Shown here: positions 37,350-45,586 of the stretch, piece after piece
Layout: every line of letters starts with the position of its first letter
Numbering within the stretch: the first letter of the stretch is position 1
Source: an uncultured Candidatus Saccharibacteria bacterium
GTDB taxonomy: Bacteria; Patescibacteriota; Minisyncoccia; Phycocordibacterales; Zambryskibacteraceae
Assembly (NCBI GenBank): GCA_964618905.1
Contig: CAZUDK010000001.1
Span: 92,614-156,613 of the forward strand
Reading direction: 5' to 3'
Length of the DNA: 64,000 nt
Notes under the pieces: model-generated
Seen by the model: only the letters and a program-made list of their open reading frames with translations
Told to the model about the DNA's origin: nothing
The model's database searches: none
Position numbers and translations under genes: made by a program

Positions 37350-38048
37350 TTATCCGTTGTGATGCTTGCCGCTCATTTCTCCACGGAGCTTCTCAATGAA
37401 GCGCCCTGCTGCTTCCTGACCGCCAAGTCCAAATGACAATCCAAGTGCTAGAGAGAGTGCGATAACCACTCCGGTAAAGAGAGTCTGGCTAAATGCCGCT
37501 GCAATTCCGAGCTGTGAGAGAGCAACCAGGATAGCAAATATCCAGATAGCCCACTTAGCTACAGAACCTGCGAAGTGAGCAGAGCTTACGTCAGCTGTCT
37601 TTGCAGCTGCCACAACTACTCGCTCAGTAACATCGCCAATTACGCCAGCTACCAGAAGAACTAGTGCTGCCACGAGAACTCGAGGAAGATAAGCCAATAC
37701 AACTTCCTGAAGGAATAGATTGACCTGGCTAAGGCCGAGTACATCAAAAGCTGCAATAAGGAATACAACTATGATGAACCACTTCACAATACCGCCGACA
37801 AAAGCTCCTGAGTCTAAGCGAATACCGCCTCGGCGAAGAAATGACTCAAATCCTGCTCTACGAAGAGCGTCATCGACCTTTACAGAACGGAATACTTGCC
37901 AGATGGCTCTACCAAAGAGAGCACCTATCAGCCATCCGAGAATGACGATAATGATGGCTACGACAAGGTTCGGGACGAAATTAACGACTCCAACCCACAG
38001 GTTTTGGAATGAAAGAGTCAGTACGTCTCCCCAAGTGTTTAATAACAT
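37350..38048 (-). CDS. membrane protein with duplicated conserved-TM-helix repeats (MscS-N-terminal-like)
   Basis: 232 aa, about six TM helices; two internally similar halves; terminator hairpin AAGGCCCC-AGTA-GGGGCCTT at 37281..37310. Confidence 0.45.
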   Translation of the reverse strand: MLLNTWGDVLTLSFQNLWVGVVNFVPNLVVAIIIVILGWLIGALFGRAIWQVFRSVKVDDALRRAGFESFLRRGGIRLDSGAFVGGIVKWFIIVVFLIAAFDVLGLSQVNLFLQEVVLAYLPRVLVAALVLLVAGVIGDVTERVVVAAAKTADVSSAHFAGSVAKWAIWIFAILVALSQLGIAAAFSQTLFTGVVIALSLALGLSFGLGGQEAAGRFIEKLRGEMSGKHHNG

Positions 38049-38191
38049 ATATTCTTGACTGAAATCGTGCTAAAAGCACTTAACTTCTAATTACCACTCT
38101 TAAAGGGGTATAAAATCATTATACACCAACGAAATTTACTCAAAGGCAAGCGTTTCTAAGGCTGTGGATATCCACTTTTATTTACAGGATG

Positions 38192-38749
38192 TCAAATACC
38201 TAATTTATTTAGTATCTTTTTATGAGAAAAATCGAGAATATCTCTTATAAGCTTGTCATATAAGCCAAGTCTGTATTTAAAATCATCAGTTTCAAAAGCT
38301 GCATATCGCAGTTCTTTGCCAAGCTCTGCTTCTATCGAAGATATGGCCGAAACTAAGGCTGTCTGCTTTATATTGTCTCCAGCTATGAGTAGATCTACCC
38401 TGCTCTCAAGGTCATGAATAAATACTCCGGCTATAACTACAAGTTTGATATTGCCGGCCTTGCTTAGCTTTTTTATGATTTCCTGCTCGCTTACAGGGGC
38501 AACGTCAATAAGAAAGCTCTCAAGAGCAGAAAGATTTGGGTAGGTGCTGTTTAGGGCATAACCCTTACTGGTCTTCCTTATAAGCTTGCCTTTGGATAGA
38601 GACCTGAGCTCTTTTCTGACTGTATTAGGGCGTTCCTTGGACCTTCTGGAAACTTCTTTTGGGCTGAAAGACTGACCTGGGTTGAATACAAAGAGACGGA
38701 TAATCCTGGCCTTGCTGTTCGTGCCGAATATATGGGAAGAAGATGGCAT
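38192..38749 (-). CDS. hypothetical protein with basic N-terminal wHTH-like region
   Basis: 185 aa ORF; no family assignable. Confidence 0.4.
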   Translation of the reverse strand: MPSSSHIFGTNSKARIIRLFVFNPGQSFSPKEVSRRSKERPNTVRKELRSLSKGKLIRKTSKGYALNSTYPNLSALESFLIDVAPVSEQEIIKKLSKAGNIKLVVIAGVFIHDLESRVDLLIAGDNIKQTALVSAISSIEAELGKELRYAAFETDDFKYRLGLYDKLIRDILDFSHKKILNKLGI

Positions 38750-38793
38750 GGGCGTATTCTATCTGGACAGGAGAGAAGTTACAACCCAGCTTT

Positions 38794-38911
38794 AAAACAA
38801 AGAAAAAACAACAATTTCCTGTGCATGCAGTAATTTTCTGCTGAAAATTCTGCTCTGCTCACCACGCCGGGCTCCGCAAGGCACCATAAATTGTTGTTTT
38901 TTCTTTGTTTT
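38794..38911 (-). repeat. structured 3'-UTR element B: 23-bp perfect inverted arms enclosing a conserved GC-rich core (homolog of 24195..24286)
   Basis: Arms AAAACAAAGAAAAAACAACAATT / AATTGTTGTTTTTTCTTTGTTTT. The core on the minus strand reads CCTTGCG...GAGCAGAGCAG-AATTTTCAGCAGAAAATTAC; it lies in the 3' UTR of rplJ-rplL. Confidence 0.75.
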
Positions 38912-39046
38912 ACTTGAAGGTAACTTTGTCACAGATAATTTCCTCGCCGTAGCTCGGAAATTTCCGCGACTCCGCCTCGCGCCCGACTACTGCTGTAGTC
39001 GGACTGAGTGCGCTCCGGCCGTAAGACCTACCTAAATAAGCTCCGC

Positions 39047-39526
39047 TTATTTAAAGGTGGCCTTACCTCCTGCTTCCTCAATCTTAGCCTTGAGTTCTTC
39101 AGCTTCTTCTTTCTTCACATCAGACTTAAGCATAGATGGAGCAGCATCAACCATATCCTTTGCCTCCTTCAATCCAAGTCCGAGAGCTTCCTTGACCACC
39201 TTGATAACGGCAATCTTGTTAGCACCTGCGTCAGAAAGCTCTATATTTACCGTAGAACCTCCTTCTTCAGCTTCACCGCCGGCAGCAGGACCTGCAACCG
39301 CTACAGCTGTAGCTGAAACGCCGAATTTGTTTTCGAAGACCTTAACTAGCTCGTTGAGATCAAGCACTGACATGTTCTCGATTTCTTCAACAATCTTCTT
39401 GAACTTCTCAGGGACTTCTACTTCTTTAGTCTCTTCTTTAACTTCTTCGCTAGCAGGCGCAGCCTGAGTTTCTTCTTTCACTTCCTCTGCCGGAGCCTGT
39501 GCTTCTGTATTTGTTTCTTCTGCCAT
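39047..39526 (-). CDS. rplL: 50S ribosomal protein L7/L12 with ~40-aa acidic N-terminal extension
   Basis: Dimerisation domain [30 protein letters not shown], Ala/Gly hinge, C-terminal domain [24 protein letters not shown]. Confidence 0.9.
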   Translation of the reverse strand: MAEETNTEAQAPAEEVKEETQAAPASEEVKEETKEVEVPEKFKKIVEEIENMSVLDLNELVKVFENKFGVSATAVAVAGPAAGGEAEEGGSTVNIELSDAGANKIAVIKVVKEALGLGLKEAKDMVDAAPSMLKSDVKKEEAEELKAKIEEAGGKATFK

Positions 39527-39547
39527 AGTATTAATTTCAATTAGTAA

Positions 39548-40036
39548 TTACGATCGTGATTTAGCAATTTCGCTGAGAGCGACCGCTGTTCTCTGTATCG
39601 GAGAATTAATGATGTTGACAAATTTGCCACGCAAAACGTCAAGGCTTGGAATGAGTGCAATTTCCTCAGCTTCTGGCTTGGCGATATACTTGCCTTCAAA
39701 GACTGCTCCGAGGATATTCACTCCTCCGGCAAATTTCTTTTGAAAGGCATGCACCTCGCGCAAAGATGCTACAGGATCTTCACTCCATGCGAGAGCTAGC
39801 TCTCCCTCGAGTAGCGGCTTTTCTCCGTCAAATTTCTCGGCATCAAGAACCCTGTTAACAAGGTTCTTCTTGGCAACTTTGTAGGAAACACTCTGCTCTT
39901 TAAGAGCTTTGCGCATTTCTGTAACATCGCCGACTGAAAGTCCTTTGAAATTGACGAAAGCGAGCGACTTGGCGCGCTTTAGAGCCTCTGTCAAATTTTC
40001 AACTATTTCCTCCTTTTTCTGTCTGGTAATAGCCAT
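39548..40036 (-). CDS. rplJ: 50S ribosomal protein L10
   Basis: MAITRQKKEEIVENLTEALKRAKSLAFVNFKGLSV. Confidence 0.9.
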   Translation of the reverse strand: MAITRQKKEEIVENLTEALKRAKSLAFVNFKGLSVGDVTEMRKALKEQSVSYKVAKKNLVNRVLDAEKFDGEKPLLEGELALAWSEDPVASLREVHAFQKKFAGGVNILGAVFEGKYIAKPEAEEIALIPSLDVLRGKFVNIINSPIQRTAVALSEIAKSRS

Positions 40037-40162
40037 ACAATAAAAAATCGACCTAATAATATAAGGCCGAAAACGGAGATTTGTCTCGAGAGGACTTCTG
40101 GGTATTCCCTGCCCCTTGTCTTTGACCTTACGAGAGTTACTTTACAGGAATAAAACTATTTT
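40037..40162 (-). promoter_or_regulatory. possible L10 (rplJ) autoregulatory leader
   Basis: About 125-nt untranslated leader between the upstream terminator and the rplJ start; identification by position only, no motif verified. Confidence 0.25.
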
Positions 40163-40165
40163 GCA

Positions 40166-40190
40166 AGAAAAAGCCCCGATATGTCGGGGC
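40166..40190 (-). terminator. intrinsic terminator after the Cys/His-rich ORF
   Basis: GCCCCGA-TATG-TCGGGGC followed by a U-run on the minus strand. Confidence 0.7.
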
Positions 40191-40511
40191 TTACGCAACC
40201 TTGCTGAGCATTGCGCTCCTTTCTTCGAAACTCAACTCATTCCATTGCCTTCCATTATAAAGAGGAGTGCTCAAACACATTCTACCTAAGACAAAGCAGT
40301 CACAAGAAAACCATTCATGATGCTTGCCTAACATCTTTGCAAGCTCGCACTCAGAAGAGTGGCCGAAAAATCCATGCGAGCTTGCTGGGCCGCCCTTGGA
40401 TACAAATGGGTCTAATCCGTTACATACTGGGCACCTTCCATAAGCAGACCATTGCAGTTTCTCAAGCATAGCGAGAGCTGCCGTAAGTGCGGCTCGAGTT
40501 TCCGCAAGCAT
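40191..40511 (-). CDS. small Cys/His-rich (putative zinc-binding) protein, GC-rich
   Basis: 106 aa with CPVC and several His/Cys; inserted between rplB and rplJ. Confidence 0.4.
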   Translation of the reverse strand: MLAETRAALTAALAMLEKLQWSAYGRCPVCNGLDPFVSKGGPASSHGFFGHSSECELAKMLGKHHEWFSCDCFVLGRMCLSTPLYNGRQWNELSFEERSAMLSKVA

Positions 40512-40589
40512 ATATCCTCCTGTTTGTGGTCAGTTCTAATAGTAATTATACATATGCACAACAAAAAATCCCTCTCGGGGATTTTTTAC

Positions 40590-41429
40590 TTACTTCTTTC
40601 CTACCTTTCTTCTCTTCACGATAAACTTGTTTGAATACTTTTTAGAACGGCGGGATTTCTGACCTTTGCCTGTAGGCTTGCCGTAGATAGAGATTGCTCT
40701 TCGGCGACCTCGGCCCTGGCGGCCTTCACCACCTCCATGCGGATGGTCTACCGGGTTCATAGCTGTACCTCGTACAGTTGGACGAATACCGAGCCAACGA
40801 GACCTGCCCGCCTTACCGAGTTTGATCAAGCGGTTCTCGGAATTTGATACTTCGCCTACAGTTGCCCAAGCGTTCTCAGGAACTTTCCTCATCTCGCTCG
40901 AAGGCATCTTAACTGTTACATAACCTCCATCCTTGGCCAAAACTTCTGCATAGTTGCCTGCTGAGCGAGCGATCTTGGCACCGCCTTTGGATTTAAGCTC
41001 TATGTTGTAAACCATAGTACCCACTGTGATGTTCTTTAGAGGCAAGCGATTGCCGGCAACGATAGGAGCATTTTCGGAGACAACGTAAGTGTCACCAACT
41101 CTAGCTTCTTTATGCAGTAGAACATATCGCCTCTCACCGTCTTTGTAAGCAACCAGACCGATGAATCCTGAGCGATTTGGATCGTATTCTATGGTTTTAA
41201 CTGTGAAAGGAATGTCTAGCTTGTTGTATGAAAAATCTACATCCCTATGAAGCCTCTTGTGTCCGCCTCCTTTGTGCCTAGTAGTAATGCGACCGAGATT
41301 ATTCCTGCCGCTTCCTCTCCTGAATCCCTTAGTCAGAGACTTCAAAGGCTTTCCAGCAGTAATAGTCTTCCTGTATTCAACAAGAGCTGTATTTCTTTTT
41401 GATGAAGCTGTCGGTTTAAATCTTTTCAT
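40590..41429 (-). CDS. rplB: 50S ribosomal protein L2
   Basis: RHKGGGHKRLHR and VKTIEYDPNRS motifs. Confidence 0.95.
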   Translation of the reverse strand: MKRFKPTASSKRNTALVEYRKTITAGKPLKSLTKGFRRGSGRNNLGRITTRHKGGGHKRLHRDVDFSYNKLDIPFTVKTIEYDPNRSGFIGLVAYKDGERRYVLLHKEARVGDTYVVSENAPIVAGNRLPLKNITVGTMVYNIELKSKGGAKIARSAGNYAEVLAKDGGYVTVKMPSSEMRKVPENAWATVGEVSNSENRLIKLGKAGRSRWLGIRPTVRGTAMNPVDHPHGGGEGRQGRGRRRAISIYGKPTGKGQKSRRSKKYSNKFIVKRRKVGKK

Positions 41430-41450
41430 TTTATTTATGCAAATTTCGGG

Positions 41451-41744
41451 CTATATTATATCTATTTTGTCGCCCTTCTTTAGATATACATAAGCCTTTT
41501 TGCCTCCTCCTTTAGTTCCATGTTTGCCGCGTACAAAAACTCTTTTCCTAGGTATAGCAACAAGATTTACCTTAACAGGAACAACATTGTAAGCATTCTT
41601 CACAGAAGCAGCTACGCTTGCCCTGGTTGCACTAGGAGTAACTTCAAAGACATACGCATTATCTTTCTCTGCGGAGATTGCTGCCTTTTCTGTTATATAA
41701 GGCTTAAGCAGCACTGTATTAGGTTTTATATTCAAATTTTGCAT
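41451..41744 (-). CDS. rplW: 50S ribosomal protein L23
   Basis: Size and position; KPYITEKA motif. Confidence 0.85.
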   Translation of the reverse strand: MQNLNIKPNTVLLKPYITEKAAISAEKDNAYVFEVTPSATRASVAASVKNAYNVVPVKVNLVAIPRKRVFVRGKHGTKGGGKKAYVYLKKGDKIDII

Positions 41745-41746
41745 TG

Positions 41747-42502
41747 CTATTTAGTTTTCTTGGACTTAGCTGTCTTAGCCTTTGCTTTTGCCTTCACTGT
41801 CTTCTTCTCCTTAGGTTCAGACTTATCAGCCTTTTTGCCTCGAAGCTTGTTGCCAGGCAGAGAATCAAGAGCCTCCTTAGGATTCTCGATAACCAAGTAC
41901 TTGTGTTCAAGAAGAACCAGAGGGTGAAGATTCCTAGCCTCAATGACCTCCATGTTGCCAAGATTTGCAAAAGACCTTTCTGCTTCCTTATTCTTGCCTG
42001 AGAGGGCTATAGTAGCAGAATTTTTCTTTTTTGAAAGAAGACCTTCAAACCCCTTTATCGAAGAGAGATTGTTTAGAGTCTCTACAGCTTCGCGAGTCTT
42101 TGGCTGCGATAGATCGAAAGAATCAACGAGAAGAATCTCACCGTCCTTGAGCTTGCGGGAAAGAATAGTATAAAGAGCCTTGGCTTTCATCTTTCTTGAA
42201 ACAGTGCGCTCGTAGTTCTTGTCATTGCGAGGGCCATGCGCTACACCGCCGCCTACCCAGATAGGTGATCTATTAGAACCGTGTCTTGCCCGGCCAGTTC
42301 CCTTCTGTCTCCATGGCTTTTTACCTCCTCCGCTTACCTCTCCGCGAGTTTTTGCATGAGCGACAGGCTTTCGCTTGGAAGACTGAAGCGAATTAGCAAC
42401 TTGATATACCAAATCGGCATTCCAAGGCAGACCGAAAACAGATTCCGGAAGAGCAATCTTTTCTACTTCTTTTCCTTCTTTGTTGTAAATAGATGTATCC
42501 AT
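41747..42502 (-). CDS. rplD: 50S ribosomal protein L4 (with Lys-rich C-terminal tail)
   Basis: Sequence and position. Confidence 0.9.
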   Translation of the reverse strand: MDTSIYNKEGKEVEKIALPESVFGLPWNADLVYQVANSLQSSKRKPVAHAKTRGEVSGGGKKPWRQKGTGRARHGSNRSPIWVGGGVAHGPRNDKNYERTVSRKMKAKALYTILSRKLKDGEILLVDSFDLSQPKTREAVETLNNLSSIKGFEGLLSKKKNSATIALSGKNKEAERSFANLGNMEVIEARNLHPLVLLEHKYLVIENPKEALDSLPGNKLRGKKADKSEPKEKKTVKAKAKAKTAKSKKTK

Positions 42503-42507
42503 GTCTG

Positions 42508-43128
42508 TTATCTAGCGGCTTTAATCTCTACCAGTGTTCCTCTTCTTCCTGGGATAGCGCCTTTTACCATTAGTTCTTCGGATTCTGGCAAAATCTTAAT
42601 GATCTTGAGATTTTTTACCGTTACTCTTTCACCTCCCATTCTTCCGGCCATTCTCATACCTTTAACCACACGTCCTCCGGCCCTACCGCCTCCGCCGATT
42701 GAACCCGGCTCGCGTTCAGAATGCTTCTGACCATGAGAGCGGCGGCCTCCTTTGAATCCATGTCTTTTGACTACACCCTGAAAGCCCTTGCCTTTCGACA
42801 CTGCTGACACAGTTACTGTGTCTCCTTCGGCAAATGAATCAAGTCCGATCTTGTCTCCAAGATTCGGAAGATCTTCACCTTCCTTAGCTCTGTACTCCTT
42901 CAAGACAGACGCATTGATGCCTTTCAAGTGACCGCGGAGAGACTTGGAAATATTCTTCTCTTTCCTCTCTCCGAAGGCTACCTGCACAGCTTTGTAACCA
43001 TCACGAGCCATATCCTTGACCTGAGTCACGGTCAAAGGCCCTGCGGATAGTACAGTTACAGGATGAGCAACGCCATTCTCATCGAAGACTTGCGTCATAT
43101 TTACTTTTTTTGCCAGAAGGAATTTCAT
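42508..43128 (-). CDS. rplC: 50S ribosomal protein L3
   Basis: Sequence and position. Confidence 0.9.
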   Translation of the reverse strand: MKFLLAKKVNMTQVFDENGVAHPVTVLSAGPLTVTQVKDMARDGYKAVQVAFGERKEKNISKSLRGHLKGINASVLKEYRAKEGEDLPNLGDKIGLDSFAEGDTVTVSAVSKGKGFQGVVKRHGFKGGRRSHGQKHSEREPGSIGGGGRAGGRVVKGMRMAGRMGGERVTVKNLKIIKILPESEELMVKGAIPGRRGTLVEIKAAR

Positions 43129-43149
43129 TGGATTTAATCAGTAGCCGAA

Positions 43150-43506
43150 TTACATCATCTTAACGTCAATGCTCACGCCGGAAGGCAGAGACAGATTCGT
43201 TAGAGACTCAATGATCTTTGGAGTCGGATTTATGATGTCTATCAGTCTCTTGTGCACCCTCATCTCAAATTGTTCTCGCGCATTCTTGTAGACGAAGGAA
43301 GAGCGGTTGACTGTGTATTTCTTTATCTCAGTCGGTAAAGGAATCGGACCTTGAACTTCCGCATCATAACGAAGTGCAGTGTCGATTATCTGCTTTACTG
43401 AGAGATCAAGAATTTTGGATTCATAAGCTCGAACCCTGATGCGAAGCTTGGAAGCTTCGCCTTCTTTGTTATTGCTCTTTTTTGTTGCTTTAGGTTTTGT
43501 AGCCAT
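43150..43506 (-). CDS. rpsJ: 30S ribosomal protein S10 (N-terminal basic extension)
   Basis: LRIRVRAYESKILD...PLPTEIKKYTVNRS. Confidence 0.9.
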   Translation of the reverse strand: MATKPKATKKSNNKEGEASKLRIRVRAYESKILDLSVKQIIDTALRYDAEVQGPIPLPTEIKKYTVNRSSFVYKNAREQFEMRVHKRLIDIINPTPKIIESLTNLSLPSGVSIDVKMM

Positions 43507-43590
43507 TGTCGCTAGGTTCTAGGTGCTGGGTTCTAGGTGCTAGCTTTTGAATTCAAGCTAGAAGCAAGTCCCTAGCAGCTAGCAGCTGCC

Positions 43591-44787
43591 TTACTTAATG
43601 ATCTTGGTTACCACACCGGCACCCACAGTTTTACCTCCTTCTCGGATAGCGAAGCGGCGCTGCTCTTCAAGAGCTACTGGAGCCACCAGCTTAACTGTGA
43701 AGGTAACTGTGTCACCCGGCATAACCATCTCTACACCCTCAGGTAGAGTTACGTCTCCTGTAACATCGGTAGTACCGATGTAGAACTGAGGCTTGTAGCC
43801 AGTGAAGAATGGAGTGTGTCGGCCTCCTTCATCCTTCTTCAGGATGTAGACTTCAGCTGTGAATTCAGTGTGAGGAGTAATAGATCCCGGCTTAGCGAGA
43901 ACCTGACCTCTGTGAAGGTCTTCTTTCTTTACACCTCGCAGCAGGATACCTGCATTGTCTCCGGCCTGTCCCTCCTGAAGAGACTTGTTGAACATTTCAA
44001 TACCGGTAACAACTGTCTTTGTCGTATCTTTGATTCCTACAATTTCAACTTCATCACCAACCTTGATGATACCTCTCTCAATACGTCCTGTAACCACTGT
44101 TCCGCGGCCTTCAATCGAGAAGATGTCCTCGATAGGCATAAGGAATGGCTTGTCAGTATCACGTTGTGGAAGCGGAATGTAAGTATCAAGAGCATTTACA
44201 AGGTCAAGAATCTTCTGAGACCATTCGTCATCAATGCCTGTAGCCTCAAGAGCCTTGAGAGCAGAACCTCTGATAACAGGAGCATTTGCTCCGTCATACT
44301 CGTACTTAGTCAGAAGATCACGAACTTCTTCTTCAACAAGGTCAATAAGTTCCTTGTCTGCAACCATGTCGCACTTGTTGATGAATACTATGATCTTAGG
44401 AACACCCACCTGCTTAGCAAGAAGGATATGTTCACGAGTCTGAGGCATCACACCATCAGTAGCTGCTACCACCAAGATAGCGCCGTCCATCTGGGCTGCG
44501 CCCGTAATCATGTTCTTGATGTAGTCTGCGTGACCAGGGGCATCTATGTGAGCATAGTGCCTTGTATCTGTCTCGTATTCTGAGTGGGAAAGGGCGATGG
44601 TTATACCTCGTGCCTTTTCCTCAGGAGCACTGTCAATTGCGTTGACGTCCTTGACTGTAGCCTTCTTTCCGGCTCGGTTGAGCACGCTCAAGATAGCTGC
44701 GGTCAATGTAGTTTTACCGTGGTCAACGTGTCCGATAGTACCTACGTTGACATGCGACTTAGACCTATCAAATTCTGCTGCTGCCAT
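43591..44787 (-). CDS. tuf: elongation factor Tu
   Basis: [25 protein letters not shown]. Confidence 0.98.
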   Translation of the reverse strand: MAAAEFDRSKSHVNVGTIGHVDHGKTTLTAAILSVLNRAGKKATVKDVNAIDSAPEEKARGITIALSHSEYETDTRHYAHIDAPGHADYIKNMITGAAQMDGAILVVAATDGVMPQTREHILLAKQVGVPKIIVFINKCDMVADKELIDLVEEEVRDLLTKYEYDGANAPVIRGSALKALEATGIDDEWSQKILDLVNALDTYIPLPQRDTDKPFLMPIEDIFSIEGRGTVVTGRIERGIIKVGDEVEIVGIKDTTKTVVTGIEMFNKSLQEGQAGDNAGILLRGVKKEDLHRGQVLAKPGSITPHTEFTAEVYILKKDEGGRHTPFFTGYKPQFYIGTTDVTGDVTLPEGVEMVMPGDTVTFTVKLVAPVALEEQRRFAIREGGKTVGAGVVTKIIK

Positions 44788-44959
44788 AATAATTAATTCT
44801 TAAATTTAAGTTTTGTAATTTCCCGAAGCAAAGTAAGTGCGCGAGAACTGCTACTTACTTTGATTTAGGATTAAGCGCAGTATAGCAGCTTAGTTTTCCT
44901 TTATTGAGAAAGACTCAAAGATCATACCTAAGCCGTATAAGACGCTGGGGCTATCTTAC

Positions 44960-44991
44960 AGAAAAAGCCCCAGGAGCGCAAGCTCCTGGGG
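44960..44991 (-). terminator. intrinsic terminator after the cold-shock gene
   Basis: GCCCCAGGAGC-GCAA-GCTCCTGGGGT followed by a U-run on the minus strand. Confidence 0.8.
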
Positions 44992-45015
44992 TAATTGCTG
45001 CACAGCGGCCTAGTC

Positions 45016-45543
45016 CTAGGCGACCCCCCGAATGTTCTCCGGGACAATCATCTGGACATTCTCCGCTCGCATACCTCGCGGGGTCTTCTTAACATCGAAG
45101 GAGACCCTTTGACCCTTCTCGAGCTCCTCGATGTAATCAGGAAGAGCTGTCTGGTGCACGAACACGTCGGTGAGCTTCGGATCATCCCGCTTAATGAAGC
45201 CGAATCCCCGCCCGTTGCTGAACCATGCCACCGTTCCGAAGACTCCGATCTCGATGATCTCGGCCTTCGGATAAGGCGTTTCACCAGCAGACTCTGCGGC
45301 AGCCGGTGGAAATGAGGCAGCTGCGCGTCTCCCGTGACGACCATGGCGAGCTTCCAATTCCCTGAGCTGTTCCACGTCACCCCTGTCGCGCCGCCTCGAT
45401 TTCTTTTTGCCCACAGTCCGAGCTCCTTGAAAGGGTTTAAGAAAACAGAACAAACTCCGGCCGATACCATAACACTCAGATGAGCTAAAATCAATGACCA
45501 ACGGGAAAACAGTTCGGATAGACAACACAGAAGCGCCCCGCAT
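45016..45543 (-). CDS. cold-shock-domain protein with Arg-rich N-terminal extension (GC-rich gene between fusA and tuf)
   Basis: C-terminal GTVAWFSNGRGFGFIKRDDPKLTDVFVHQTAL...GQRVSFDV is a CspA-type cold-shock domain. The N-terminal ~100 aa are Arg/Ala-rich and low-complexity; the start codon is uncertain. Confidence 0.6.
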   Translation of the reverse strand: MRGASVLSIRTVFPLVIDFSSSECYGIGRSLFCFLKPFQGARTVGKKKSRRRDRGDVEQLRELEARHGRHGRRAAASFPPAAAESAGETPYPKAEIIEIGVFGTVAWFSNGRGFGFIKRDDPKLTDVFVHQTALPDYIEELEKGQRVSFDVKKTPRGMRAENVQMIVPENIRGVA

Positions 45544-45586
45544 ATGCGGGGCGCTTTGGCGGTCATCCGTAGTGTCTACGGGTATT

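Noticed and set aside
45048-45566. 172-aa ORF overlapping the cold-shock ORF in another frame
   Set aside because: The GC-rich sequence leaves several frames open. The cold-shock domain is in the other frame and this ORF has no domain signal, so it is most likely spurious
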